From positions 4,828 through 68,827 of the forward strand of contig CAIYQO010000273.1 of NCBI GenBank assembly GCA_903928345.1: a DNA stretch of 64,000 nucleotides, given 5' to 3'. This DNA comes from an uncultured bacterium (lineage in GTDB: Bacteria > Armatimonadota > Hebobacteria > CAIYQO01). Below, in pieces: positions 46,673-56,663 of the stretch (positions are counted from its first letter, which is position 1; the number at the start of each line of letters is the position of its first letter). The position numbers were made by a program, and so were the translations under genes. The notes below the pieces were generated by a model that searched no databases, was not told where the DNA came from, and saw only the letters and a list, made by a program, of their open reading frames with translations.

Positions 46673-47845
46673 TTACGCGGTGCCGCAGCAGAGCGGCTCG
46701 GTGCCGGCGGCGCGGGCGAGGGTATCGGCCATGTCGGTCTGCTCCCAGCGCACGGGCAGGTCGGTCCGGCCGAAGTGGCCGTAGGCGGCGGTGGCCAGAT
46801 ATTGCGGCTTGCGCAGTTGCAGCGTGTCGATGATCGCGCCCGGACGCAGGTCGAAATACGTGCGGATGAGTTCCCCGATCTTCGTTTCGCTGATGCGGCC
46901 CGTGCTGTACGTCTCCGCGCTGATGCTCAGCGGGGTGGCTTCGCCGATGGCGTAGGCCACCTGGATTTCCAACCGTTCCGCCACGCCCGCGGCGACCAGG
47001 TTCTTCGCGATGTAGCGCATCATGTATGCCGCGCTGCGGTCGACCTTGGTGGGGTCTTTCCCGGAGAAGGCGCCGCCGCCGTGGCGGCCCATGCCACCGT
47101 AGGTGTCCACGATGATCTTCCGCCCGGTGAGGCCGGTGTCCGCCACCGGGCCGCCGATGGTGAAGATGCCGGTGGGGTTGACGTAGAACTGCGTCTTTTC
47201 GTCGAGCATACCCAGCGGACCGAGCACCGGCTCGATGACGTGGGTGAGAAGGTCGCGCCGCAGGTCGGCCAGGTCCACCCCCACCGCGTGATGGCTGGAG
47301 ATGAGCACCTTGTCGATGCGTATCGGGCGATGCCCCTGGTACGCCACCGTCACCTGCGTTTTCCCATCCGGACGCAGGTAGGGTAGCGTGGCGTCCTTGC
47401 GCACGGCGGCGAGCCGCTGCGCCAGCCGGTGCGCCCAGGCAATGGGGGCGGGCATCAACTCGGCCGTTTCCGTGCAGGCGAAGCCGAACATCATCCCCTG
47501 GTCGCCCGCGCCGCCGACATCCACGCCCATGGCGATGTCCGGCGACTGCGGCTGTACGAAGTCGTAGACCGGCACGGTGGCACAGTCGTACCCCGTCTCC
47601 GCGGTGTAGCCGATACTCGCCAGCACGCCGCGCGCGAGGCCGTCGATGTTGACGCGCGCGTGTGCGGTGATCTCCCCGGCCACGACCACGCCTTTGGTCG
47701 TCACCAGCGTTTCACAGGCGACGCGGCCCAGTGGGTCCTGCGCGAGGATCGCGTCCAGCACCGCGTCGGAAATCTGGTCGGCGACTTTATCGGGATGACC
47801 CTCGGTGACGGATTCCGAGGTGAATACGTGCAGTCGTTCGCTCAA
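46673..47845 (-). CDS. metK: S-adenosylmethionine synthetase
   Basis: [51 protein letters not shown]; TTG start after SD aaggag. Confidence 0.98.
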   Translation of the reverse strand: MSERLHVFTSESVTEGHPDKVADQISDAVLDAILAQDPLGRVACETLVTTKGVVVAGEITAHARVNIDGLARGVLASIGYTAETGYDCATVPVYDFVQPQSPDIAMGVDVGGAGDQGMMFGFACTETAELMPAPIAWAHRLAQRLAAVRKDATLPYLRPDGKTQVTVAYQGHRPIRIDKVLISSHHAVGVDLADLRRDLLTHVIEPVLGPLGMLDEKTQFYVNPTGIFTIGGPVADTGLTGRKIIVDTYGGMGRHGGGAFSGKDPTKVDRSAAYMMRYIAKNLVAAGVAERLEIQVAYAIGEATPLSISAETYSTGRISETKIGELIRTYFDLRPGAIIDTLQLRKPQYLATAAYGHFGRTDLPVRWEQTDMADTLARAAGTEPLCCGTA

Positions 47846-47974
47846 CGAACCGTTCTCCTTTTCGTTCTCGCCCGCAAGCGGACGGGAAATGCGGCCTGTA
47901 GTATAGCATCGAATTCACGATGAATAAAGTCTCTTTTCCCCGGCGGCCCCTGGTGCAAACATTGATTTGCCGGC

Positions 47975-49072
47975 CTACCGGTGCCCTAACTCGTTGCACA
48001 AGTCCAGGTACAGCTTCACCGCGGGCACCGGGGTGTTCCAGGTGAACTCGTTGCCGATGCGGAAGAAGTAGCCGCCGGAGCGATCGGCGGTGGCGCGCAT
48101 GCGCTGCACCATGGCGGTGATCTCCGCCGGGTCGTTGCGCGCCAGGATGCGCGTGTCGCCCTCGCCGGCGAGGAACGCGGTGGGGTGCGCCTCCGCCACC
48201 GCGCGCAGGTTCGTGTAGGGCTCGCAGAGCACCCCGCGGATGCCCAGCGGGAAGAGATCGGGGATGAAGGCATCCAGGCAGCCGTCGGAGATGAAGATCA
48301 CCTCTTTGCCCGCGTCGCGCAGGATGCCGAAGAACTCCTCGTAGCGCGGGAAGATGTGCTTGTGCATCCAACTCGGCGAGCAGACCGGCCCGCGCGTGTT
48401 CACGATGTCGTCGTGACAGGTGATGAAGTGCACCGGCAACCGCGCGAAGGCGCGGAACAGGCGGCGGTTGAGTTCGGCGAACTCGTCCATGAGGCGGTCG
48501 AACTCGTCGTCCAGGCACGTCTCCATGAACAACTGCCAGCCGAAGGTGAGCAACGGCCACATGAACATCGTCTGGTAGGTGCCCACCATCGCGGTGGCCC
48601 CTTCCGGCGCGGTGTCGCCCCACTCGGCGGGGAGTTGGGCGCGGAATTGCTGGTAGAGACGCTCCTCATCGGTGAAATCCCAGTTCGTCACGATAGAGGT
48701 CTGCCGGTAATCCGGTTCCGCCAGCGGGGAGAAGGCGAAAACGTCCTCCGCGGTGCGGAAACGCTCGCCGAAATCCCAGTGAAAGGTGACGCCGTCGCCC
48801 CAGCGCACCACGTGGCGCCCCGCGTCGGTGGCGCCGCTGGAATGCGTGCCCAGGTCGAGTTCCGGCCGCGGCTTGGGGGCATCGGTGGCGGGAATATCCA
48901 CGTTCAACAGCGGGTAAATCGTCTTCAGCCGCTCCAGGCATAACCGCGGATGCGCGAAATAGTCGATGCCGGTGATGGCGGTCTCGGCGTCGGGGCACCC
49001 CAGGTACTCCCAATGCGGAATCCGCGCGGGCGATTGCCCCATATACGCCTGATATTCGTAACTGACGGCCAC
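47975..49072 (-). CDS. UROD/MetE-like family protein
   Basis: HDDI...G..SP.W....FP.Y, FISDG, G.GD.R.L; GTG start after SD aaggag. Confidence 0.7.
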   Translation of the reverse strand: MAVSYEYQAYMGQSPARIPHWEYLGCPDAETAITGIDYFAHPRLCLERLKTIYPLLNVDIPATDAPKPRPELDLGTHSSGATDAGRHVVRWGDGVTFHWDFGERFRTAEDVFAFSPLAEPDYRQTSIVTNWDFTDEERLYQQFRAQLPAEWGDTAPEGATAMVGTYQTMFMWPLLTFGWQLFMETCLDDEFDRLMDEFAELNRRLFRAFARLPVHFITCHDDIVNTRGPVCSPSWMHKHIFPRYEEFFGILRDAGKEVIFISDGCLDAFIPDLFPLGIRGVLCEPYTNLRAVAEAHPTAFLAGEGDTRILARNDPAEITAMVQRMRATADRSGGYFFRIGNEFTWNTPVPAVKLYLDLCNELGHR

Positions 49073-49100
49073 GGGAAGCTCCTTCGGCGAGTATGCGCTC

Positions 49101-49129
49101 ACTATAGCCCGGCAGTGCGAGGGTGTCAA
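49101..49129 (-). promoter_or_regulatory. sigma70-type promoter
   Basis: TTGACA-N17-TATAGT on the - strand. Confidence 0.8.
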
Positions 49130-49147
49130 TGCGGGGGCGCGAGCGCG

Positions 49148-49284
49148 TGGGAGACTGGGAGAATGGGAGAATGGGGTGTGGATTTTCGCTTGGTCGTAAG
49201 CTCCCGGTAAACAGTTGCCAGACCAGTTCCACTTGCCGCGCTCGCATTCGGCCTCTCCCATTCTCCCGTTCCCCCGTTCCCCGG
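49148..49284. repeat. octamer (GGGAGAAT)n inverted repeat, family E
   Basis: tgggagactgggagaatgggagaatgggg ... ctcccattctcccgttcccccgttcccc. Confidence 0.8.
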
Positions 49285-49406
49285 CCCTTGCCGGGCAAGC
49301 GCTGCATCCTTTTTCAAAAGCAAGCAGGGATTCCCGGGGGGAACGCGAATTGGTGATGCTAGTTGGAAGCGCCCGTGCGGATGCCGGGGTCTCGGGGGCA
49401 ACCCGG

Positions 49407-49436
49407 TTGACATAACGGAAACCGGGTACCTATAAT
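49407..49436 (+). promoter_or_regulatory. consensus sigma70 promoter of ftsZ
   Basis: TTGACA-N18-TATAAT. Confidence 0.8.
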
Positions 49437-49561
49437 TGACACCGAGGCCCGAGGGTCTCGTGCGTCATGGCGGCTCGGAACGTGATGAACCCATGGCACA
49501 ACTCGCATTTGATTTTCACAGCAGCAGCGTAGAGATAGCACCGTTGCGAAAGGGGATGGCA

Positions 49562-50605
49562 GTGGTTAAGTTACATGACGGCCAGGCGAAGATTAAAGTG
49601 ATCGGCGTAGGCGGCGGCGGAAGCAACGCGGTCGATCGCATGATCGAAGCCGGGCTGGGCGGCGTGGAGTTTATCGTCGCCAACACGGATATGCAGGCGC
49701 TGGCGCGCTCGGGCGCCGAGCGCAAAATCCAGCTCGGTGAGGATGTCACGCGCGGACTCGGCGCGGGCGGGAATCCCGAAGTGGGCCGCCAGGCCGCCGA
49801 CGAAAGCCGCCAGGAGTTGAAAAATATCCTTGACGGCGCCGACATGGTCTTCATCACCGCCGGCATGGGCGGCGGCACCGGCACCGGCGCCAGCCCCACC
49901 ATCGCGGAGATCGCCAAGGAGCTGGGCGCGCTGACCATTGCCGTCGTGACCAAACCCTTCCGCTTCGAAGGCCGTCGCATGAATTCCGCCACCGACGGCA
50001 TCAGCAAATTGAAGGGGAAAGTGGACGCGCTGATCACCATCCCCAACGAGCGTCTGCTCGGTGTGGTGCCCAAGAACACCACCATGCTGGAAGCGATGCG
50101 CTACGCCGATGAAGTGCTGCGCCAGGGCGTGCAGGGCATCTCCGACCTCATCACCGTGCCCGGGCTGATCAACCTGGACTTCGCCGACGTGAACGCCGTG
50201 TTGAGCGGCGCCGGCACCGCGCTGATGGGTATCGGGGAAGGCGCCGGGGAGCGCCGTGCCGCCGAGGCCGCCCAGCAGGCGATCTCCAGCCCGCTGCTGG
50301 AGACCTCCATGGAAGGCGCCACGCGCATCCTGTTCAACATCACCGGCAGCATGGACCTCAGCCTCACCGAGGTGGACGAGGCGGCGAACATCATCGCCAC
50401 CTCCGCCGGCGTGGACGACGCCAACGTGATCTTCGGCATCGTCTTCGACGATCGCATGGAAGACCGCGTGCGCATCACCGTGGTCGCCACCGGCTTCGCC
50501 GTGGACCCGCTGGAGGACGCCACGCGCGCGCTGGCCGCCCCCGCGATGCCCATCGCCTCGCCCGACAGCGACCTGGAAATCCCCACCTTCCTGCGCCGCC
50601 GGTAA
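49562..50605 (+). CDS. ftsZ: cell division protein FtsZ (start could also be 49556 or 49493)
   Basis: [37 protein letters not shown]-terminal DLEIPTFLR. Confidence 0.98.
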   Translation: MVKLHDGQAKIKVIGVGGGGSNAVDRMIEAGLGGVEFIVANTDMQALARSGAERKIQLGEDVTRGLGAGGNPEVGRQAADESRQELKNILDGADMVFITAGMGGGTGTGASPTIAEIAKELGALTIAVVTKPFRFEGRRMNSATDGISKLKGKVDALITIPNERLLGVVPKNTTMLEAMRYADEVLRQGVQGISDLITVPGLINLDFADVNAVLSGAGTALMGIGEGAGERRAAEAAQQAISSPLLETSMEGATRILFNITGSMDLSLTEVDEAANIIATSAGVDDANVIFGIVFDDRMEDRVRITVVATGFAVDPLEDATRALAAPAMPIASPDSDLEIPTFLRRR

Positions 50606-50624
50606 CCGGCACATCCCCAACACC

Positions 50625-50652
50625 ACGGCCCGCGGAGTATTCCGCGGGCCGT
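50625..50652. terminator. 12-bp hairpin between convergent genes
   Basis: acggcccgcgga-gtat-tccgcgggccgt. Confidence 0.65.
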
Positions 50653-50675
50653 CGGCGTTTGGTCGCACCGGCGCG

Positions 50676-51530
50676 TCAGGCGGCGCGCGCCTGGGCGCTT
50701 TGCCCCAGGAAATCGACCAGCGCCTGATTCACCTGCTCCGCGTGCGTCCAGAGCAGGCCGTGCGGGGCGCCGTCCAGCACCACCAGTTGACTGCCTTTGA
50801 TGAACTGGTGCGTCCGCTGCCCGGATGCCGAGAACGGGCAGATGCGATCCTGGTTGCCGTGAATAATCAGCGTGGGCACATCGACGCGCGCACAATCGCG
50901 CCGGAAGTCGGTGGTCCAGGTGTGCGGGCAGGCCAGGGTGCCCACCGGGGAGGCGGCGGCGGCGACGTTCCAACTGTCGCGCACGACTTCCTTGCTGATC
51001 AGCGCACCGAGCAGCATGTCGGTATTGTAGAAGTTGGCGAAGAAGGTGGTCAGGAAGGCCGGCCGGTCGGTGGCGATGGCGGCTGCGGTGTCGTCGAAGA
51101 CGCTCTTGTCCACCCCCTCCGGGTTGTCGGACGTCTTCAGCAAATACGGCGGCACGCCGCTGATGATGACGGCCTTGCTGACGCGCTCCGACCCGTGGGT
51201 GCCCAGGTAATGCACCACTTCGCCGCCCCCCATCGACATGCCGACCAGCACCACGTTGCGCAGGTCGAGCTGCGTGATGAGCTGGTGCAAGTCGGCGACG
51301 AAGGTGTCGTAGTCATACCCGAAGGTCGGCTGGCTGGACCACCCGAAGCCCCGGCGGTCATACGCGATGACCCGGTACCCCGCGCTCAGCAACGCCGACG
51401 TCTGTTTCTCCCAGGACCGCCCACTCAGCGGGAAACCATGGATCAGCACGACCGGCTGTCCCGTGCCATGGTCCTCGTAGTACAGCTTGATGTCGCCAGA
51501 ATTCTCCTGCCCCACGGTGAGACTCGGCAT
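50676..51530 (-). CDS. alpha/beta hydrolase (non-heme haloperoxidase / arylesterase family)
   Basis: LYYEDHG.G.PVVLIHGFP, YDRRGFG.S, GMSMGG, HG..D, GAPHG. Confidence 0.92.
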   Translation of the reverse strand: MPSLTVGQENSGDIKLYYEDHGTGQPVVLIHGFPLSGRSWEKQTSALLSAGYRVIAYDRRGFGWSSQPTFGYDYDTFVADLHQLITQLDLRNVVLVGMSMGGGEVVHYLGTHGSERVSKAVIISGVPPYLLKTSDNPEGVDKSVFDDTAAAIATDRPAFLTTFFANFYNTDMLLGALISKEVVRDSWNVAAAASPVGTLACPHTWTTDFRRDCARVDVPTLIIHGNQDRICPFSASGQRTHQFIKGSQLVVLDGAPHGLLWTHAEQVNQALVDFLGQSAQARAA

Positions 51531-51661
51531 AGTGACGCTCCTTTCCGGGTGTACTTCCCGGTAGAATCCGTCGCAGTATCCCTCCATACGGCGCACCCGT
51601 GTGACGCCAGGGGAGCACCACCTCCGCGGCTTGTGAGAAGAACGCACCGTGCGCGACGCCC

Positions 51662-54600
51662 CTACCACCGCACGGCGACCGGCGCACCGACAGGCGTGAT
51701 TTCCGGCTTCAGGCGATACAGCACCACCTTGGTCGTCCAGTCGTCCTCGTTGAAGACCACCACTTCGCCGTCTTTGCGGGCCACGGCCTGCAGGCTCATC
51801 GGGAAATCGACCCAACTGCCCAGGTAGCCGCAGAGCTTGCCGGGGCCGAGGGTGCCCAGCTTCAGGCCGGTCTCAGCGTCGAACACCTGCACTTCCGCCT
51901 GCACGAGGTCGGTGGAGAAGGCCAGCCGGCCCGCCACCGCACAGCCCATGCCGTTCATAGTGGTGTCCACCAGCGTTTGCCAGCGCAGGTGTTGCTGCGC
52001 GTCGTAGCGGGCGAGCACTACGCCGGCAGGTCCCCACCCGTCCGCCGGGTGGCGCAGATAATCGGCGGTGGCGCCGTAGACGTACAGCGCGTGGTCGCCC
52101 GGCGAGTGCACCACCGCGCGGAGGCGCTGGAAGGGTGCGGGAGTCGGCAGCACCACGGCCTTCGCCCAGTCGTAGACGGGGTTATTCCGTGCGTCCAGCC
52201 CCAGGCAAGGCAACTGCAGGATATGCCCGTCGTCGTAGCCGCGCCAGACGTCGCCGTTGGTATCGACGTGCCAGTTCCACGAGCCGGCATCCGTCGTGCC
52301 GTCGGTGGTGAATTCGTCCGCCTGCACCTGTCCGTCGCCGTTCACGTCGCGCCACGCCCAGCGGCCATTCGGCTGGTTCGGCGGCCACTCCTTCGGGCGC
52401 GGACCCCCTTGCAACATCCCCACCGGACGTGCCTGCTCGCCGTCCACCCGAAAGATGGCGAAGTTCTGGCTATACATCGGGCACAGGTAGACGAACGTCT
52501 TGCCACCGATGCGCGCGCACTGCGCTGAGGCATAGCTGTCGTGGTCGCGCGGATCGTCCACCCCGCGCGGATGCGTGAAGCCGGCGTAGCGCCAGGCCGG
52601 TGAGTTCGTCGCGTAGTCGAGCCGGTAGTGCTCGTCCTTGGTGTAGACATCCTCGGGTGAGGCCGGGTCAGCGGCGGCGCCGTCCACAAAGGTCAACCCT
52701 TCCTTTTTCCAGATCAAGGTGCCGTCGGGGCCGAACTTCTTCAACTCCGCGCCGTTGTTGGCCATGCCCACCCACACGTTGCCGGCGGCGTCCGCCCCGA
52801 CGCCGGTCAGGTCGTGGAAGCGCAGGTCGCCGGTGGCGCCGGGAGTCGCCCCACCCCACACGCCGCCCGCTTCGCCCAGCGTGCCGACTTGCTTCGCCGT
52901 GTCGCCGGAGACGTCGAAGATGCGCACCTGGGCCGTGGCGTTGTCGGCCACCAGCACGCGGCCCTTGGCATCCACCGCGATGGCGACGGGCTTCCCGACG
53001 TCGGGAATCGCCAGCGTCTGCTTCCCCTCCGGGGTGACGCGCATGATGGACGGCCCCTGGTCGGCGGTGGCCGGGCTGAGGGTCCACAGGTTGCCTGCCG
53101 CGTCGAGGGCCAGCGCGCCGGGTCGGGCCACGGCGACGGCGCGCTCCTCCTTCATCGTCTCCTGATCGATGACGTGCACCTGGTGCGCGACGGCATCGGC
53201 GATATACAACTTGCCGTCGCGCGCGGCCAACCCGACCACGCACGGCTTGCTGCCGACCACGAACTGGTTCTTCCACCAGGCGCCCTTGCCGTCGGGCCAC
53301 GCCGCCACTTTGCCGTCGCGGGTATAGCGCTTCACCCCGTACCAGGTTTCTCCCTTCGGGGGGAAGCCGCGCGGGTCGTCCACGTGGGACAGCTCCGTGG
53401 CGGCGAAGATGTACTGCTCGCTCGCCGTCACCACGCTGCCGCCCATATTGCCCCAGCCGTGAGTGTCGGGCAGGGTGGTCAGCACCGCGCCGTCGGGGCC
53501 GTAGACCGCGGCCTCGCGGCCCATCTCGTCCCACCCGCAGTTGGTGTAGGCGCGACCATCGGGCGCCACGTACAGGCCGGCCATATCGTGCTGGAAGCGC
53601 TGCTCGAAGGTCGGCTGTGAATTGCCCAGCCACCCCTGCCGCACGTTCAGCCGCACCTGGTAGGCGCGCGCGGTGTATTTGCCGTGGGGCACCGGATGGC
53701 GCAGGTTGTCGGTGCCGTCCCAGTGCGCCGCCAGCTCGCCGTGTGCGCGCCAGGCCACCTCTGAGCGCAGCGTGCGCACCAGCCGCTCCTGGCCGTCGAA
53801 GATGCCCAGCGCATAGGTGGTATCCGGCGCGGGCGGCGTGGCGGGCAGCGGGATGCGCACCGTGGGCGTGCCGGTCAGCGCCCCCTGCGGATCGCGTTCG
53901 GCCCCCGTCAGCGGCGCGCGGACCAATTCCAGCGCCGCCGTGCTGCTCCCGTTGTCCTGCCCGGACAGCTCCCGCCAGTCCGAAAGCGTGCGCGCCACGC
54001 GGTCGGTCCACACGCCGGGGGTGGACAGGCTCATCACGCCCCAGAAGACGTTCCGATCGCTCTTCACGTCGGGGCAGTCGTGCAGGCTCAACGCCACGCC
54101 TTCGCGCCCGGGCGCCTGCAACTGGCATCCGTCCAGCACCAGGCCGTCACACCGGTCGGCGCGCAATCCCTGGTAGCTCAACGTTTCCTGGAAGCGCATC
54201 GCCCGGCCATATTGTGCGCCGACGAACTGGTCGGGGTAGACGATGGCGTCGTGGAGCTGGACCTCCCGGCTGCGATTGAGCCGCACCACGTTGCCGCTGC
54301 CGAGACACATGCCGCGCGTGACCGTCACGCCCGTGCAGCCGTCGACCAGCAACACACTCGGCTGCGACGCCTGCTCGGGCGGCAGGCTGCTCCACAGGCG
54401 GCAGTCGGTGATCATACACCCGGTCGTGTTGCTGACCTTCAGCACCGGCGATGCATCGGCGGTATCCTGATGCACGACCAGCCGGGTGAGCACCACGTCC
54501 TTCGTGCCGGTGACGGCGACCGTGCCGTAGAGCACGAACGCCCACAGCGTGGCCGCTTCCAGCTTCACCGGCGCCTTGATAACCAGGTTGCCTTCGTAGC

Positions 54601-55558
54601 ATCCGGGCAGCAGCGTGCCGTCGGGCGCGAGGAGATCCGCCAGCCCGGCGATCTTTTTCGTCACCGCCAGCGCGGTGGTGTCCGTCCGATACGGCGCGCC
54701 GTCCAGGCGGTACTCCACGCTCAGCGCGCCGACCACGGGGCGGGTGGTCGGCGGCAGCGCCACATCCCAGGCCGTCAGCGCGCCGGGTTGCAGGGTGTCC
54801 CGCGCGGTCTGCGTCCACAGCAAGGCGCCATCGCCCGCACGCAGCGTCATCACCCGCGTGAGCGCCACGGGGGCCAGCGCCGAGTTATTCGTCACCGTCA
54901 GGGTGAAGCCGGCCGTCACCGGCGTGCCGTCGGCCGTCAGCGGGTAGCGTCCATTCGGCACGTTGAGTTCCAGCGGAGCGATGGTCAACGGGGCCAAAAT
55001 CGTCGGCGCGCCCACCAGTTTCCCGTTGTCCACCCGATTGGGCGGCAGCCACAAGCCGTGCTCCATGGCGGGCAGCAGCGCCACCACGTCGAGGCTGCAG
55101 TCGTGCTTTTTCGGGCCGGGGCAGTAGAAGAAGAGCGTGTAGTCGCCGGCGTCCACCTTACCCGCGCTCACCGCCACCCACTGGAAGCCACGCCCGGAGT
55201 CGCCGGTGAAGCGGCCCAGCAGGCGCGCGCCGGGGTCGTCCTTCGTTTTGGCACCGAGGGGGGCCAGGTAGGCCTCGATGGGGCCGTTGTCGTTCGTCCA
55301 CGGCTCGTCGCGCAGGTAGAGCATCGCCGCGGGCAGCGTTTGCGGCACGTGCAACGTCACGGAGCGCCAGTGTCCCACGGCGCCCCACCACCCGATGCCG
55401 GCGCCGCCCGACGCCAACGGATCGGGCCGCAACGCCCCCGGCCCCCCCTGCCCGCTTTCCACTTCCACCCACACGCCCGGCATCGCCGGCACGTCCGCCG
55501 CCAACGTCAGGGGCGCCAACAGCAGACCAAGCAGGAGCAGCAACGATAAACGGTACAT
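51662..55558 (-). CDS. large secreted multidomain protein (beta-helix-like region, FlgD-Ig domain, NHL-type propeller)
   Basis: signal peptide; V.....C..V repeats; GIFD..RLVRTL..WDGTD..G.Y (FlgD-Ig); A.D..GN.W repeats; WRDVNGDG. Confidence 0.75.
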   Translation of the reverse strand: MYRLSLLLLLGLLLAPLTLAADVPAMPGVWVEVESGQGGPGALRPDPLASGGAGIGWWGAVGHWRSVTLHVPQTLPAAMLYLRDEPWTNDNGPIEAYLAPLGAKTKDDPGARLLGRFTGDSGRGFQWVAVSAGKVDAGDYTLFFYCPGPKKHDCSLDVVALLPAMEHGLWLPPNRVDNGKLVGAPTILAPLTIAPLELNVPNGRYPLTADGTPVTAGFTLTVTNNSALAPVALTRVMTLRAGDGALLWTQTARDTLQPGALTAWDVALPPTTRPVVGALSVEYRLDGAPYRTDTTALAVTKKIAGLADLLAPDGTLLPGCYEGNLVIKAPVKLEAATLWAFVLYGTVAVTGTKDVVLTRLVVHQDTADASPVLKVSNTTGCMITDCRLWSSLPPEQASQPSVLLVDGCTGVTVTRGMCLGSGNVVRLNRSREVQLHDAIVYPDQFVGAQYGRAMRFQETLSYQGLRADRCDGLVLDGCQLQAPGREGVALSLHDCPDVKSDRNVFWGVMSLSTPGVWTDRVARTLSDWRELSGQDNGSSTAALELVRAPLTGAERDPQGALTGTPTVRIPLPATPPAPDTTYALGIFDGQERLVRTLRSEVAWRAHGELAAHWDGTDNLRHPVPHGKYTARAYQVRLNVRQGWLGNSQPTFEQRFQHDMAGLYVAPDGRAYTNCGWDEMGREAAVYGPDGAVLTTLPDTHGWGNMGGSVVTASEQYIFAATELSHVDDPRGFPPKGETWYGVKRYTRDGKVAAWPDGKGAWWKNQFVVGSKPCVVGLAARDGKLYIADAVAHQVHVIDQETMKEERAVAVARPGALALDAAGNLWTLSPATADQGPSIMRVTPEGKQTLAIPDVGKPVAIAVDAKGRVLVADNATAQVRIFDVSGDTAKQVGTLGEAGGVWGGATPGATGDLRFHDLTGVGADAAGNVWVGMANNGAELKKFGPDGTLIWKKEGLTFVDGAAADPASPEDVYTKDEHYRLDYATNSPAWRYAGFTHPRGVDDPRDHDSYASAQCARIGGKTFVYLCPMYSQNFAIFRVDGEQARPVGMLQGGPRPKEWPPNQPNGRWAWRDVNGDGQVQADEFTTDGTTDAGSWNWHVDTNGDVWRGYDDGHILQLPCLGLDARNNPVYDWAKAVVLPTPAPFQRLRAVVHSPGDHALYVYGATADYLRHPADGWGPAGVVLARYDAQQHLRWQTLVDTTMNGMGCAVAGRLAFSTDLVQAEVQVFDAETGLKLGTLGPGKLCGYLGSWVDFPMSLQAVARKDGEVVVFNEDDWTTKVVLYRLKPEITPVGAPVAVRW

Positions 55559-55573
55559 GGGAACCTCCAATGG

Positions 55574-56635
55574 TTATACGCCGCGCATCACTTCATCGTG
55601 AAACGCCAGGTAGTTGGCGAGCGGCACGTTGTCTTCCAGCTCGGTGGAACTGCCGATGAGCAGGCGGCCTTCGGCACCGGTTTCGCGGATCATGCGGCGG
55701 GTTTCCACGCGTACGTCCTCCGGGGTGCCGGTCGGCAGCAGGTGCGTGACATCCAACCCGCCCACCAGGATGAGTTCCGGGTAGCGGCGGCGCAGCGCGT
55801 ACAGGTCCATCCCGGCGGCCGACTCGATGGGGTTGAGCCCGTCGATACCGGCGGCGATCAGGTCGTCGACGATATCCATAATGTAGCCGTCAGAGTGGAA
55901 GATCACCGTCATGCCGTACGCGTGGCACTGCGCGCAAAGGGCCGCCACGTCGTCGAAGAAGCCCATTTCGTTAAAGGTCTCCCGGCTGAACATGAGCCGC
56001 TGCTTGTAGGCCACGTCGGAATAGATCATCGCCAGCGGGCTGTGTTCCCGGTGCGCGCCGAGGGTGACGGCGTCCCGGTGAATGCGCTCCAGCGCGCGCA
56101 GCCAGCGCAGCACCAACGCGCGTTCGTCCGCCCACAGGTAGGAGAAGATCTCCAGCCCGCAACCGCCGAAGAGCGCGTGATTGATCGCGGTCGAAGGCGT
56201 ACAAAAGATATTGATGGTGCCGTCCAGGTGGGCATTGTACGCGCCTTGCTCCGCGCCGGTGCGCTGCCGGTCGGCGGTGGTCGGCGCGGGCGCGGCTTCC
56301 CATTCCTCCAGGTGCGCGCACAGCCAGCGTGCCCAGCTCTCGGCATCCGGCAGGGCGTGGTGGGAAATCCATGACGTCCAACGCGCGGAGACATGGACAT
56401 TGCCCAGGCTGTCCGTCGACTCCGTGCCCGGCGTCATCGGGGCAAAGATGCAGCGCGTGCCGTCTAGCGCGCGGCCCGCGGCGGTGAACATGGTCGCCAG
56501 GTCATCCGTGCCGTCCAGCGGTGCCTCGGCAAAATGCGCGATGACGGCATCGTTGCAGAGCAAATCGAAGATCGGCGTGCGCGCCGGACGCCGGCCGGCA
56601 CAGGCCTGCTCGATCAAAGTACGCGAGTTTTGCAT
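55574..56635 (-). CDS. UROD/MetE-like family protein
   Basis: YSDVA, FHSDG, GIDGLNPIE..AGMD, GG.D...L..GTPEDV, N..AF. Confidence 0.8.
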   Translation of the reverse strand: MQNSRTLIEQACAGRRPARTPIFDLLCNDAVIAHFAEAPLDGTDDLATMFTAAGRALDGTRCIFAPMTPGTESTDSLGNVHVSARWTSWISHHALPDAESWARWLCAHLEEWEAAPAPTTADRQRTGAEQGAYNAHLDGTINIFCTPSTAINHALFGGCGLEIFSYLWADERALVLRWLRALERIHRDAVTLGAHREHSPLAMIYSDVAYKQRLMFSRETFNEMGFFDDVAALCAQCHAYGMTVIFHSDGYIMDIVDDLIAAGIDGLNPIESAAGMDLYALRRRYPELILVGGLDVTHLLPTGTPEDVRVETRRMIRETGAEGRLLIGSSTELEDNVPLANYLAFHDEVMRGV

Positions 56636-56663
56636 GGGTCGGTCCTTTACGCGGATATTCCGG

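Noticed and set aside
47846-47975. SAM riboswitch upstream of metK
   Set aside because: The leader after TATACT is only about 50 nt and lacks S-box motifs
49960-49995. Apparent one-residue shortening after FEG in FtsZ
   Set aside because: In frame with the Arg retained; cannot be judged significant without an alignment
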